Source of the DNA: Chiloscyllium plagiosum
Lineage: Eukaryota
Length of the DNA: 64,000 nucleotides
Assembly: GCF_004010195.1 (NCBI RefSeq)
Contig: NC_057718.1
Location: 101,156,629 to 101,220,628, forward strand
Direction of reading: 5' to 3'
This document shows, in pieces, positions 1 through 11,529 of this stretch. The translations under genes and the position numbers were made by a program. Position 1 is the stretch's first letter. Every line of letters starts with the position of its first letter. The notes beneath the pieces were generated by a model. It was not told where the DNA came from, did no database searches, and worked only from the letters and a program-made list of their open reading frames with translations.

Positions 1-86
1 CCCCCCCCCTCTTTTACCATCTTCTCTGTTCTTACTGAAACATCTAAATCCTGGAACCTGCAACAACCATTCCTGTCCCTGCTCTA
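1..86 (-). mobile_element. CR1 LINE ORF2 fragment (APE endonuclease region), runs off window edge
   Basis: Minus strand translates EQGQEWLLQVPGFRCFSKNREDGKRGG, matching the CR1 endonuclease W...PG(Y/F)..F.RDR..K.GGG segment. Confidence 0.8.
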
Positions 87-94
87 TTCTAGAT

Positions 95-397
95 TCTTAA
101 TCCAGAGACCCAGATAATGTTGTGGGGACCTGGATTCAAATCCTATCATGGCAGATGGTGGAATTAAGAGTCTAATGAAGACCATGAAACCATTGTCAAT
201 AATCAAGAAAACCCCATCTGGTTCATTAATGTACTTTAGGGAAGCAAACTGCCTTCCTTCCCTGCTTTGGCGTACATGTGACTTCAGGCCTACAACCAAT
301 GTAGTTGACTCTTATCTTCCCTCTCAGGAATTAAGGAAACCCAATAAATGTTGGACTAGCCAGTGACACCCACATCCCATGAATGAATAAAAAATAA
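95..397 (+). mobile_element. tRNA-derived SINE family B (tail GGGCAATAAATGCTGGCC...CCCATGAATGAATAAAAA)
   Basis: B-box-like GGATTCAAATCC; same body recurs at 26062, 33510, 39560, 47340, 53265 and 57780; A-rich end. Confidence 0.8.
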
Positions 398-769
398 ATG
401 TAGGATCCATTTCATCAGACACATCAATACATGAGGAAGATTGAAGTTCATTGGATTCCATGATCAATATTTTGCTTTAGTTCAATCAGTAATGAACAAG
501 CCATTGTTACATGGCTATTGGTAATATTTTGGGGTACTCTCTCTATTTCATGCCTTCTGAAAGCCAGATAAAGGAATTGATTGTGGTCTGGGAGCCAGCG
601 GTCTGCCAACCTTTTCTGTTGGCAGTTCACCTGATCCATTTGGCTCCATAAGACAAAAAGAAGGGAGCCAGTTTGGTTAGACTGTGGTATAAATAGCTCC
701 AGGAAGGAGAGAATAAAAATCCAGAGCATTGAAGATAGTTTAGAGAAGTTTGTACTGTATCTGTAAAGA

Positions 770-995
770 GAGGAGATTTGATGGAGATGTTCAAAATTGC
801 AAGTGACCTGGACAGAGACGTTAAGGAGGAAGTTTTCTCATCCGCGAAAGGATTTCAAGTAATTAGCCAAAGACATCAAAGTGACATGAGTATAAAAAAG
901 GTGTTTTCACACAGTGACTGCTTAACGTCTGTAATGCACTGCCATATAGTGTGGTGGAGGCAAGTTTAGTAGAATCATTCAAAAGGGAATTTGAC
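770..995 (+). mobile_element. old CR1 3' fragment
   Basis: Degenerate GDLMEMFKI...FSHS...NALP..VVEA..ESFKREFD, the CR1 ORF2 C-terminus. Confidence 0.65.
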
Positions 996-2115
996 TGCAC
1001 AGTTACAGGAGAATGGCACTTAATGAGATGTTCACAAAAAATTCAAGTTGGAAATGAAAAGCAGCAAACGTATTCCTTCAGTCAAGTGCAGCAAATAGCA
1101 CCGATGATTATGGGTAGTATTACAGGTGAAGAAATACCTATATTTATGGAATTTTGCGAAACCAAGCTGAATGACACTTGGAATTTGTTCTTCTGTATTT
1201 GGAGTCTGAATGAAGAGTTCAATCCTTCACTGTTCATGTTGCCTTGTAAATATTTGAGTACTCAATCTAGTGTGTCTTCAAAGTGTGAGAGGAGGATGGG
1301 TTGCGTGGGAAGGGGAGGTGGAGGAGTGGGGTAAAACAATGTAAACTTTTCATAAAGTTAAATTGTGCACGATTGTTTGGTGAGCTTGGTTTATTAGTGT
1401 GTATATTCTGGTTAAAGATAGACAGGTTGAATTCAAGGTTTTTTGCAGATTGTTCTTCAAAAAATGGGAAATTAAGTTCAGCTGCTTGATTCACATGGCC
1501 TGTTCCATATTCTTTATCGTATTAAAAAGTGCAAACAAGTTCTGTGAAGCTGCAGCCAGTCGTTACTTTGTGGAATTTGATCGCTGACATAAAAAGAGAG
1601 GAATTTAAACACAACTTTATCCACCGTTTGACACCATGAAGAGAAAGAAAACATTGAAGTGTTTGATGGCGACTTATTTCCTGCATTATTTTGTTATGTT
1701 AGCAGCGGATTAGCTCTGACTTGCTGGGCGCAGGGTGGCAAGTCCTTTGATGAGGATTCGTCTGAAATGTGGAAACTGTAAATAACCCTTGTCAATGTTT
1801 TTGTCCCTGACAAAAATGGAAAACCTTAAGATGAGGGTAGTTTATCTTCATGTGACTGAGCAGGTTGAAAGGACTGCAAAGACTTTACCTTGTTACAGGG
1901 GGGGATAAAAAAAAGTGTTGAAAAGATTTGAGTCAAATGATTACACCTGGCTGCAGTTCAGGACTGAAACAATCAATAATGATATTTGTATAGTGTCTCG
2001 CGTTTTAAGAAAATCCATGTGAAGTGACTTTATGTTGAAAACCCTCACATCAATATGTAGTGACAACTTCTGAAAGGACAACATTGCTTAGTCAGGCAGA
2101 GTAGTTATTTAATCT

Positions 2116-2347
2116 TTGAGGGGAAAGTGAGGTCTGCAGATGCTGGAGATCAGAGATGGAAATGTGTTGCTGGAAAAGCGCAGCAGGTCAGGCAGCATCT
2201 AGGGAACAGGAGAATCGACGTTTCGAGCATTAGCCCTTCTTCAGGAAGGGAGATTCCTGAAGAAGGGCTAATGCCCGAAACGTCGATTCTCCTGTTCCCT
2301 AGATGCTGCCTGACCTGCTGCGCTTTTCCAGCAACACATTTCCATCA
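2116..2347. mobile_element. palindromic Penelope pLTR-derived insert (family A) with two antiparallel hammerhead cores
   Basis: Inverted arms around ~2250; 14-bp TSD TAGTTATTTAATCT at 2102-2115 and 2348-2361; arm matches the pLTR attached to the GIY-YIG fragment at 42143-42600. Confidence 0.85.
2249..2292 (+). ncRNA. minimal type-I hammerhead ribozyme motif
   Basis: GGAGATTC-CTGAAGA-A-GGGC-TAAT-GCCC-GAAA-CGTC-GATTCTCC; stem I 7/8 paired, stem II 4 bp. Confidence 0.75.
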
Positions 2348-2473
2348 TAGTTATTTAATCTCTTTGCTTTAGCTTTAAAAATCCCGTAACATTTTCCATT
2401 CTGTCGGTGTGTTTTTTTGTATCTCCCTTTAAGAAAGAATGCAAGATCACACCTTTGCAGCACTACAAAATGA

Positions 2474-2650
2474 GTTTGAGTTTGATTTATTGCTGTCACA
2501 TGTACCGAGATACAGTGAAAAGTGTTGTTTTGCGTGCTCTACAGGCAGATCATACTATACAAAGGGCATCAGGGTAGCAGAGCATAGTACAGTGTTCCAG
2601 CCACAGAGAAGGTGCAGAGAGAGAGAGAGATCAGCATTAACAATGTTGAA
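2474..2650 (-). mobile_element. Rex1/Babar LINE 3' tail
   Basis: Same tail as the coding Rex copy at 40615-41200 (TGATTTATT..GTCACATGTACC.AG.TACAGTGAAAAG). Confidence 0.7.
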
Positions 2651-2797
2651 GCAAGGGTGATGAAATACGCTTAGACACAGTGAGTAGTTAGGTTCTGGAA
2701 TGTGCTGCCTGGAAATGTGCTGGAGGCAACTCAGGTTCAACTGAGTCATTCAAGAGGAGCTTTGGATGATTATTTGGAGAGTCATGCTGAGTAGGGA

Positions 2798-2962
2798 TGT
2801 AGAGTCAGAGATGTACAGCATGGAAACAGACCCCTTCAGTCCAACTCGTCCATGCCGATCAGATATCCTAAATTAATCTCGTCCCATTTGCCAGCACTTG
2901 GCCCAAATCTGTTGAAATCCTTTCTATTCATGTACCCACCCAGGTGCCTTTTAAATGTTGTA
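2798..2962 (-). mobile_element. CR1/HER1 LINE 3' end
   Basis: Minus translation ITTFKRHLGGYMNRK...GPSAGKWD plus conserved 3' UTR. Confidence 0.85.
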
Positions 2963-3049
2963 ATGGGTGGAAAGGCAGGAGATTGGAACTCGGTTGTGGA
3001 GCCAGTGCAGGAATGATAGGCTGAGTGGCCTCCTTCTGAACCATAATAA

Positions 3050-3272
3050 ATCATATGGAGTTATACAGCATAGAAATAGACACATCAGTTCAACTCAAAC
3101 CTACCGATCAGACATCCCAATCTGACCTAGTCCTATTTGCCAGCATTTGGCCCATTTCCCTTATACCCTTCCTATTCATGTATCCCTCCAGATTCCATTT
3201 AAACAGTGTAATTTTACCAGCCTCCACCACTTGCCCTGGCAGCTCATTCCATACATGCACCACCCTCTGCAT
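3050..3272 (-). mobile_element. CR1/HER1 LINE 3' end
   Basis: MQRVVHVWNELPGQVVEAG...YMNRKG in ORF 3108..3404. Confidence 0.85.
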
Positions 3273-3284
3273 GACTCTGTGACT

Positions 3285-3672
3285 ACTTATGTCTGACAGT
3301 GCGTTACAGGCTAGTGAAGACCATTTTAAAATGTAGTCACCATTGTAAGTAATATAACAAACACAGCTGTTGCTTAGTGCAGAGCAACCTCCCAGAAACA
3401 ACAATGTGATAGTTCCCAGATAAGCTCTTTGTTAGGATGTTAAGTGAGGCATAAACCATGTCGAGGGCATTGGGGGAAATCTCCCCTCCTCTTCTTTGTA
3501 ATAGGGGATCGTTCATACCCACCCGAGATAGCCGCTGGGCCATGGATTTGCTCCTCAGCTCAGCACTGAATGCCCGTCAGCTCAGGGTTTACCCTGAAGT
3601 GCTGAGAGTGGCAGTGGAACCCAGATCCTTGCCGTTCAGATACAAGAGTGCTATACACTCATCCACAGCTGA
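3285..3672 (-). mobile_element. DeuSINE (SacSINE1/AmnSINE1-like), decayed
   Basis: Minus strand has a tRNA-like head, a Deu-domain-like core (..AACATCCTAACAAAGAGCTTATCTGGGAACTATCACATTGTTGTTTCTGGGAGGTTGC..) and an L2-like tail; recognised from memory. Confidence 0.6.
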
Positions 3673-3729
3673 TGCAACCCCTGACTTTTCATCCTCAAGT
3701 TTTAATTTGTCTGATTTAATTTTCCTGGA

Positions 3730-4068
3730 ATCATAGTAGCCCTACAATCTCAAAGCAGGCCATTCAGCCCATCAAGTCCACACCGACTCTCCAAAGAGCA
3801 TCCCGCCCAGATCCATCCCCTGTCCCTGTAACCTTGCATTTCCCATGGCTAACCCACCTACCCTGCACATCTCTGAATACTGTGATCAATTTAGCATGGC
3901 CCATCGACACCGACCTGCACATCTTTGGACTCTGGGAAGAAACCGGAGCACCTGGAGGAAACCCACGCAGAAGAATATGCAAACTCCATACAGTCGCCAA
4001 GGGTAGAATTGAACCTGGGTCCCTATCACCATGAGGCAGCAGTGCTAACCACGGAGCTACTGTGCCAC
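3730..4068 (-). mobile_element. HE1-type V-SINE
   Basis: tRNA head GGCACAGTAGCTCCGTGGTTAGCACTGCTGCCTCA, V-domain GGAGTTTGCATATTCT..GGGTTTCCTCC.GGTGCTCCGGTTTC, CR1-like tail. Confidence 0.85.
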
Positions 4069-5839
4069 ACCTAAATATTGTTCAAGTTAATATTATCCTG
4101 TACTCAATTGCAGAAGGGTTATGGCGCAGAAGGAGTCCATTCGGCCCATCAGTTTGATAAGTGAGCATCGTTACCTGGTGCCAGTCTCCCTCCCCCATCC
4201 CACCCCAATACCCTAACACATTATATCTATCTAAATAACTATCCATGCCCCTCTTATTTGTCTCAATTGAACCCACCTCCACCACATTTACAGTCAGTGC
4301 CTTACAGGCCCTAACCACTCCTTTAAAACCTCCCGAGTTTTAATCTCTCTCACTAAAGAATTCTATTTTATTGATCTTTTTTCCTTTCGCTGTCCCCAGT
4401 TTATTCCTGTTATTACTCTACTCATCTCATTACAACAAGATTTCCCTCAACTAATTTTGCGAATCATCTGCTCATTTAACTTGGAGCAGCACTCATCGTA
4501 ACTCAATGAGCTTTGCTTGTTTTTGATCTAGTATCCTTAGATTTCTTTCTGTCGTCTAACATTAAACACTTGTCACAGGAAAGTGAAGTAACAATTGGAA
4601 AATGGGTGATTATCAGTTATTTGTTCAATTAATTTTCCAAAACGGTATCAAACAATGGGCAGAGGCCTGTACACTCCCATCTGGTGAGTGTGGAGGGGGA
4701 TAAGGATGAAAGCATCAAAGAACCTTGTCTCATTTCTGTTGGTATTAACCCACGGGTGGGTTGCGGGATGCGGTGGGCAGGTGGAGGGTGTAACATGTAT
4801 CCATGCATTGTGGATTGGGAATTGGGAAGGCAAGAGTTGGAGTAGCATTAGATCTCACGTTTGTAAGGTCTGGGGGTCCTGGCACCAGAAAGGAGGTAAT
4901 CCACTGAGAGCCACCAACTGTAGAGCTGACCCCTTTCCCGGCCATGTCCCCCCCCCCCCACCTCTTGATCCAAGGCATCAGATGGGTGTTAGAATGGCAG
5001 CAGGCACTGGGAGCCTCCCTGTGTCATTGCTGAGCATAGAGAGGCTCCGCTGATCGGCATCTCTCTGCCAGGGGGATTTCTGCATGCCATTCCGAGCGAT
5101 ATCATTAAGTATATTCTAGGCTGAGTCGGACAGATTTTCCATCAGGAAGGGAATAAAGGTCATGGGGAGAAAGACAGGAAAGTGGAGTTATGAATTATCA
5201 GATTGGCCCCAATCTCATTGAATGGCGAGCAGGCTCGAAGGGCTGAATGGCCTACTTGTGCAGCTGCTTCTTATGGTCTTCCTGTTTTTATTCCTTGCCT
5301 TCTAGTGCTGTCATAGAATTTCTTATGAGCTCCAGCCACTGCTTTTCCCCTTCTCAGTCCCTGGGGAAAATGGTGTGTTTGTGTATGTGTGTGTGTGTTG
5401 GGGGTGGGGGGGATGGGTGTCTGTCTGTGAGTGTGTGTGATGATTTTCTAAATGTTTTTGAAGTGGAGTACCCTGTGTCAGCTTTTAGTCATTGTGAGAA
5501 ACACCATGAGAGATCTGATGCATTTACAGTTGCCATCATCAAAATAGAAGCATTTTGAGATATTTTCTACCTGAGACTCATACGAGTGGCATGTTTGCTG
5601 GTAGCTATTGCGTGAAGATGGTGTTGGAAGGGTTTCCTCACTTGTGAAACCTTTGCTACATGCCCTGGCACCCCATTCTTTATCATCCCCTCATCTAAAT
5701 TCCATCTGTGTATTCAGCCACTTTCCTCCTTTTGATTTCTACCTTATCGTGGGATGCTGTTCATAACCACGGACTGATCTCTCTGCATCAGCAGCAGGAT
5801 GTCTGACTGATTTAACTTTGCTTCTATTCTTGCTCACTG

Positions 5840-6070
5840 TTTTTAACTCGTTCATTTGATGTGGGTGTTGCTGGCTAGGCCTGCATTTATTCCCCATCTG
5901 GTAACTGGTAATGAGTGATCCACTGCACTTCATTTGATGTAGGGATGTTCACAGTGTGTGAGGGATGAAATTCCATCATCTCAATCCAGCGACAGCAATG
6001 TAATGGCAGCGATACCTTTCCAAGTCAGGATGCTGTGTGGCTGGGAGGGCAACTTGCAAGTGATGGTGTC
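5840..6070 (-). mobile_element. 3' end of the LINE that shares its tail with SINE family B
   Basis: Reverse complement of 36695-36925 (CCATCCTGACTTGGAA...AATAAATGC.GGCC). Confidence 0.6.
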
Positions 6071-6175
6071 ATTGGATGAATATATCCACAATGATGGACT
6101 GTTGGAGAGCTGGAGGTTATTGAACAGTTTAGCCTGTTTCTAGAAGCAAAAGTTTTAATTGCCCTTAATTGCTAG

Positions 6176-6380
6176 TCAGAAGTCACACAACACCAGGTTA
6201 TAGTCCAACAGGTTTATTTGAAATCACAAGCTTTTGAAACGCTGCTCCTTCATCAGGTGAACGTGTCAAAGGGGCAGCGCTCCGAAAGCTTGTGATTTCA
6301 AATAAACCTGTTGGACTATAACGTGGTGTCATGTGACTTCTGACTTTGTCCACTCCAGGCCATCACCAGCACCTTCACAT
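6176..6380. mobile_element. palindromic pLTR-type insert (family B), hammerhead cores decayed
   Basis: Arms CACACAACACCAGGTTATAGTCCAACAGG / CCTGTTGGACTATAAC; degenerate TSD CTTAATTGCTAG (6164) / CTTAATAGTTAG (6381). Confidence 0.8.
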
Positions 6381-6419
6381 CTTAATAGTTAGAACATCTT
6401 CCTCCGTATGGGGAGTGGA

Positions 6420-7530
6420 AACCTCATGGGATTAGACAAAGCCAGCATAAGTTCATGAAAGACAAGTCATGCTCAACAAATCAACCTGGGTTTTTGAGGG
6501 TGTAACCAGTAGACTAGGTAAGGGGGTTGACCAGTGCATGTGGGGAACCTCGGTTAACTAAAGGGCACAGGCGGGGAGTATATTGTTCGGCTTATCGAAT
6601 TCCAGATAATTGAATGCCGGATAACATAGTTTAGCCAAGCATCGGGACCTTGCGATCTTGCCGGATAATCCAAAATTCAGATAATCGAATGCTGGATAAT
6701 TGAGGTTCCTCTATACTTGGATTTCAGGGGGATGATTTTTGATATGGTCCCTCATTTATGTCATGGGACAAATTTAAAGCACACGGGAATATGTTGGCAC
6801 ATGGATCATGAATTGGTTGACAGAGAGGAGGAATGAATGTTTCTTTTTTTCTGAGTGGCAGGCAGTGATCTGACCAGTTACTGTCAATGTCAATGTATAG
6901 AAATGAGCTGGACCAGGGGAATCAAATGTAACGCTTCCAGGTTTGGGAGCGACACAAAACTGGGTGAAGCTGAGAGTTGTGAGGAGAGTGTAAGGAGGCT
7001 TCAAGATGACTTAGACAATTTGACTGAGTGGGCAAATGCTTCGCAGATATACATAATTTTATATACATTGGTATGAAAAACTGAAAGGAAGAGTGTTACG
7101 GTGATATACTGGGAACTGTGGATGGACAAAGGGATCTGGATGTCCTTGTGCACCATTCAATGTAAGTAGCCAGGCAGGTGCAACAAGCAGTTAGGATGAC
7201 AAATGATATCTTGGTCTTCATTGCAGGAGGGTTTGAGTTCAGAAGTAGGGATGGCTGACTGCAATTATCCATAGTCTTGCTGAGCATTGCATGCAGTTTT
7301 GGTCTCCCTGTCTAAGAATGGATATACGGAGTGCATCGGAGGTTCACTAGGCAGGACGGCAGGACTGGGTCATGCCAGGAGAGATTGGTTCAACTGAGGC
7401 TGTATTCATTGGAGTTTAGAAGGATGACAGGGGATCTGACAACAGGGCTTGTCTGAATGGATGCAAGGAGGGTGTTTCCCCTGCATGACGAGTCTAGAAC
7501 CAGGTGTCACTGTCTCTGGATGTGGAATAT
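6420..7530 (+). mobile_element. CR1 ORF2 RT region, decayed
   Basis: KSCSTN..FFEGVTSRLG, YLDF, ASRFGSDTKLG..LQDDLDNLTEWA (FADDTK-like) with frameshifts. Confidence 0.8.
6541..6714. mobile_element. Tigger/pogo-like MITE nested in CR1
   Basis: Imperfect TIRs GGAACCTCGGTTA / TAATTGAGGTTCC followed by TATA; internal GGATAATCGAA subrepeats; interrupts CR1 just before YLDF. Confidence 0.6.
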
Positions 7531-7599
7531 AGGAATGAGATTTTGTCAACAAGAAGCTCAGTGGCCTATGAGAAGTAAACAACCTCTGTCTTTATGAGC

Positions 7600-8037
7600 A
7601 AAAGCTCAACAGGTTGGGACTCTACTCCCTGTAGTTTAGAAGATTGGGAGGTGATCTCATCGAGACATACAGGATTCTGAAGGGGCTTGACAGGGTCAAT
7701 GCTGAGAGGATGTTTCCCCTCATGGAAGAGTCTGGGACCAGAGGATAGAGTCTCAGAATAAAGGGGCACCAATTTCAGACTGAGATGAGGAAGAATTTCT
7801 TCTCTCAGAGGGTTGTGAGTCTTTGGAACTACTTGCCGTAGAAATCTGTGGTCTTTGTGTATATTTAAGGCTGAGATAGATAGATTCTTGATTAGTCGGG
7901 GAATCGAGATTTACAGGGAAAGGGCAGGGAAATAGCTGTGAGGAGTATTGAATCAGCCGCCATCCTTTTGAGTGGCATAGAAGGTTCAAGGTGCCAAAAG
8001 GCCTGTTCCTGCTCCTATTTTTGATGGTCTTATGCTC
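7600..8037 (+). mobile_element. CR1 3' end (second subfamily)
   Basis: LNRLGLYSL*FRRLGGDLIETYRILKGLDRVNAERMFP...FSQRVVSLWN plus 3' UTR. Confidence 0.85.
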
Positions 8038-8189
8038 TTGACATCTATAGTCTATCCTCTGTCTTACAAACCATTGGTGAATGAGGGTGTTTTTCCCATT
8101 TTTGTGAAACATCATGTCTGCAGGGTCATTGTTATCCTCTGCATGTGTTAGTTTGTTTGGGATTAAAATGAAATAGAGATGGGTGGTGA

Positions 8190-8790
8190 CAAAGAAGGTT
8201 TTGTGAGTTGCTGTAGTGCTTTCTGTACGTGGTACATACTGTTGCCCCTGTGTGTTGAGAGGGATTGGGTCTTGGTCAAGCAGACTGCTTTGTCATAGAG
8301 CATAGGGGTGTAAAACACTGAAACAGACCCTTTGATCCAACCCGTCCATGCCGACCAGATATCCCAACCCAATCTCGTCCCATTTGCCGGCATTTGGCCC
8401 ATATCCATCTATACCCTTCCTATTCATGCACCCATCCAGATGCCTTTTAAATGTTGTAATTGTACCAGCCTTCACCACTTCCTCTGGCAGCTCATTCCAG
8501 ATGCACACCACCCTCTGTGTGAAAAAACTCCTCCTCAGGTCCGTTTTAAATCTTTCCCCTCTCACCTTAAACTTATGCCCTATAGTTTTGGATTCTCCTA
8601 CCCAGGGGAAAAGACCCTGTCTATTTACCCTATCCATGCCCCTCATGATTTTATAAGCCTCTATAACTCTGGAGCTTCGTGAGTGTTGTTGAGGCTGCCT
8701 TTATTCAGACAAGTGGGGAATATTCCATCACACTCCTGACTTGCACCTTGTAGATGGTGGATAGGTTTCTGGGAGTCAGTAGCTAAGCTT
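8190..8790 (-). mobile_element. decayed CR1/Crack-like LINE, split by a younger CR1 at 8293-8667
   Basis: Minus translation LTPRNLSTIYKVQVRSVMEYSPLV; continues as DKAVCL on the other side of the insertion. Confidence 0.55.
8293..8667 (-). mobile_element. CR1/HER1 3' end
   Basis: ORF 8293..8646 MRGMDRVNRQGLFP...FFTQRVVCIWNELPEEVV. Confidence 0.9.
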
Positions 8791-8876
8791 GAATAATGTC
8801 GGATCCTCCTGTTTTTATGGAAGTAGCAGTATTTTCACTGATTAGATTCTCCTGCTGGTCCTATTTACAGGAGCAG

Positions 8877-9490
8877 CTTGCATTTTCACACAGCACCTTC
8901 AACATCATGAGTATCCCATATCACTTCACAGGAATGTTTTAACACTGTATTTGACACTGAGCCACATTACGAGATATTAATACAGATGACCAAAGATTTG
9001 GTGTAAAGAGGAAGAGAGAGAGAGAGAGAGAAATTATTCCAGAACCTGGGCCCTTAGCATCTGAATGCATGGAGGAGCAATTTAAAGTCAAGGATGTGCA
9101 AGAGGTCTGAAGTAGAGGAGAGCAGATAGTTTGTACGGTTGTGGCATAATCATGGAGGGAGTTGAAAAGAACTATAAAAATGAGGAATTGCTCAGGTTAG
9201 AGCCAGCGAGCACAAGGGGCTTGATGGTTGGTGCCTGTAGGATATGACTAACAGAAGTTTGGATGATCTTAACTTAAGAAAGGCCAAGCAGTAGCGAGTT
9301 GGAGCAGTCAGCTCGAAATTCAACAATCATAGGCATGAGGGTTTTAGTTGCCAATGAGCTGAGGCAGGGGCAGGTGGTTTTACATCAGTGGAAATCAGTT
9401 CTTTTAATGAGAGTTTTGTATATGTGGTTGGAGACACATTTCAGAGACTAAACCTGCACCCAAGTTGGAAACAGTCTGTTTCAGTTGCTT
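8877..9490 (-). mobile_element. L2-type LINE 3' region, decayed
   Basis: CTTGCATT..CAGCACCTT..TTTGACACTGAGCCACAT..GATGACCAAAG tail, shared with 13570, 19740, 32060, 43340 and 56980. Confidence 0.6.
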
Positions 9491-9704
9491 TGAAGATGGT
9501 CCAAGTGTGTAAGGAACAAAGAATGCCAATATTGACTTCATCTTGTCCCTTTATAGTAGGTTAAGTAGATCATTCCTGCACCCAGCCATCCTGTTTATTT
9601 TTTCTGTTGTCATAGAATCAGATCCTATTTCAATGTTTCATGACCAAAGGAAAGGATATTGCTTGTCTTTGTTTAAAAAAGATTGGAAGTGTTCAGATCT
9701 TTGC

Positions 9705-10255
9705 GTATACAAGTTGGGACGTCATATTGAGGTTGTACAGGATGTTGGTGAGGCCTCTTCTGGGATACTGTGTGCAGTTCTGGTCACCCCGTTATAGGAA
9801 GGGTATTATTAAACTGGAGGGGGTTCAGAAAAGATTTACCAGTAAGTTGCTGGGGACGGAGGGCTTGAGTTATAAGGAAAGGCTGGATAAGCTGAGCTTT
9901 CATTCACTGGAGCATAGGAGATTGGAGGGTGACCTTAATGAGATTCATACAATCACGAGGGTTATAGATAAGGTAAGTGGTAGGTGTCTTTTCCCTAGGG
10001 TGGGAGGAATTCAAGACTAGGGGCCATATTTTTAAGGTGAGAGGAGAGATATTTAAAAACACAGAGTGGTTTGTGTGTGGAATGAATTTCCAGAGGATGC
10101 GGCACAGTTACATTTGAAATACATCTGGATAAGTTTGTGAATAAGAAACGTTTGGAGGGATATGGGTGCAGGCAGTGGGACTAGTTTAGTTTGGGATTCT
10201 GGTTGGCATGGACTGGTTGGACCGAAGGGTCTGTTTCCGTGCTGTATGACTCTAT
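9705..10255 (+). mobile_element. CR1/HER1 3' end
   Basis: SWDVILRLYRMLVRPLLGYCVQFWSPRYRK in ORF 9640..10020; tail ...GCTGTATGACTCTAT. Confidence 0.9.
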
Positions 10256-11529
10256 CACATCGAACAGAAAGTTGAGATGCCTATCAGAAGTGGGTCGGCA
10301 GCGCCTTGCAGATGTTGTTGCACAAATGTTATCCCAATAAAGTATCTGTTTTAATTGAGAGCTTGGGACTGCCTTTTTTCTCTCTCTGCTGAATGTGGGA
10401 AGTGTTAACAGCTGCTACCTCTTGGGTTACTGACACTTCTGAAGTCTTACTTTGAACGCAACCTCTCACTCTCCACTCCCTGAGTCGGGTGCTCTGTCTG
10501 CTGTCACATTCTTTGTAAGAACTCTTCTTCTGACAAAAAATACTCCTGGGTTAAAATAAATGAAAGGCCAGCGCGACAGCGAATTTGAGCTGGGGGAACA
10601 TGATCGGAAATGCATCAAATGGCTATGTGGACCGTCTGCCTTGGAATGAAAGTATTGGGTAACATTGCATGGGACCAGGAAACCATCCCGTGTAATTGCG
10701 AAGACCTCACTCCTAATGTTACCGATTGTGTTGGATATCTGGCGGTGTCCCTGTTTGTTCATCTGGACAGAGTGGTGGGGGGTTAAGGGGAGACATTAGC
10801 TGCAGGGAGCAAAAGGTTAATGCAGAAAACAGTTTGTTTGCCATTACCACATTAAGGCAGACAGCTCCGAAGCTGAGACAATCTGAAATCCATCTGGCAC
10901 TTTTTTAAAGTGTGGCTACATCTGACCTAACCCACAAATGCAAATGTATGACAGAGTGAGTGTGATTATCTGCAAATGAGATCCGGGTTGGCCATTTATT
11001 TAAACAAAACCTACATTATTTCCAAAAGATAAAGGATGATCAGACTCCGGTATTATTTCTCAAGTGGTGTTGGTACAAGGCTGTTGTTCTTTCTAAGATG
11101 TACGCACAGAGCATCAATCTTCCACATAGTTCCCATTAAATTCAACCCAGATTAAAGCACGGGCCTACAGGGCTCAGAGCTGTGAAGCCTCTGGAAAGAT
11201 ATAGGTGATCCCTATCGGATCCTGTACGAATATAGTAACCTCGCCAAAATCAAACAGGCATTTCATCGGGACATATCACAGCACTATTATTAATGCAGTG
11301 CTTACACTTTCTGTGGACCAACCTCTCAGGGCATATTAATGGAGCAGTGGGAGCTATTTGGAAGGGTTCCTAGGGCTGATACTGCCCAGGCTACTGAGAC
11401 TTGCTGAAGCTGATGTACTGAGTTCAGATGCTGCCTGTGGAACACTCTGGTTCTTCTGATCAGGAAGGACGAGTCCAGGGCTGGCTTCGAAATAGGCACT
11501 GTGATATGTTTCACTGGACTCTGAAACTC

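Noticed and set aside
2116..2347. Classical DNA-transposon MITE or pre-miRNA interpretation of the palindromes
   Set aside because: Variable 10-17 bp TSDs, unequal arms, single-arm copies and linkage to a Penelope ORF fit retro-insertion better.
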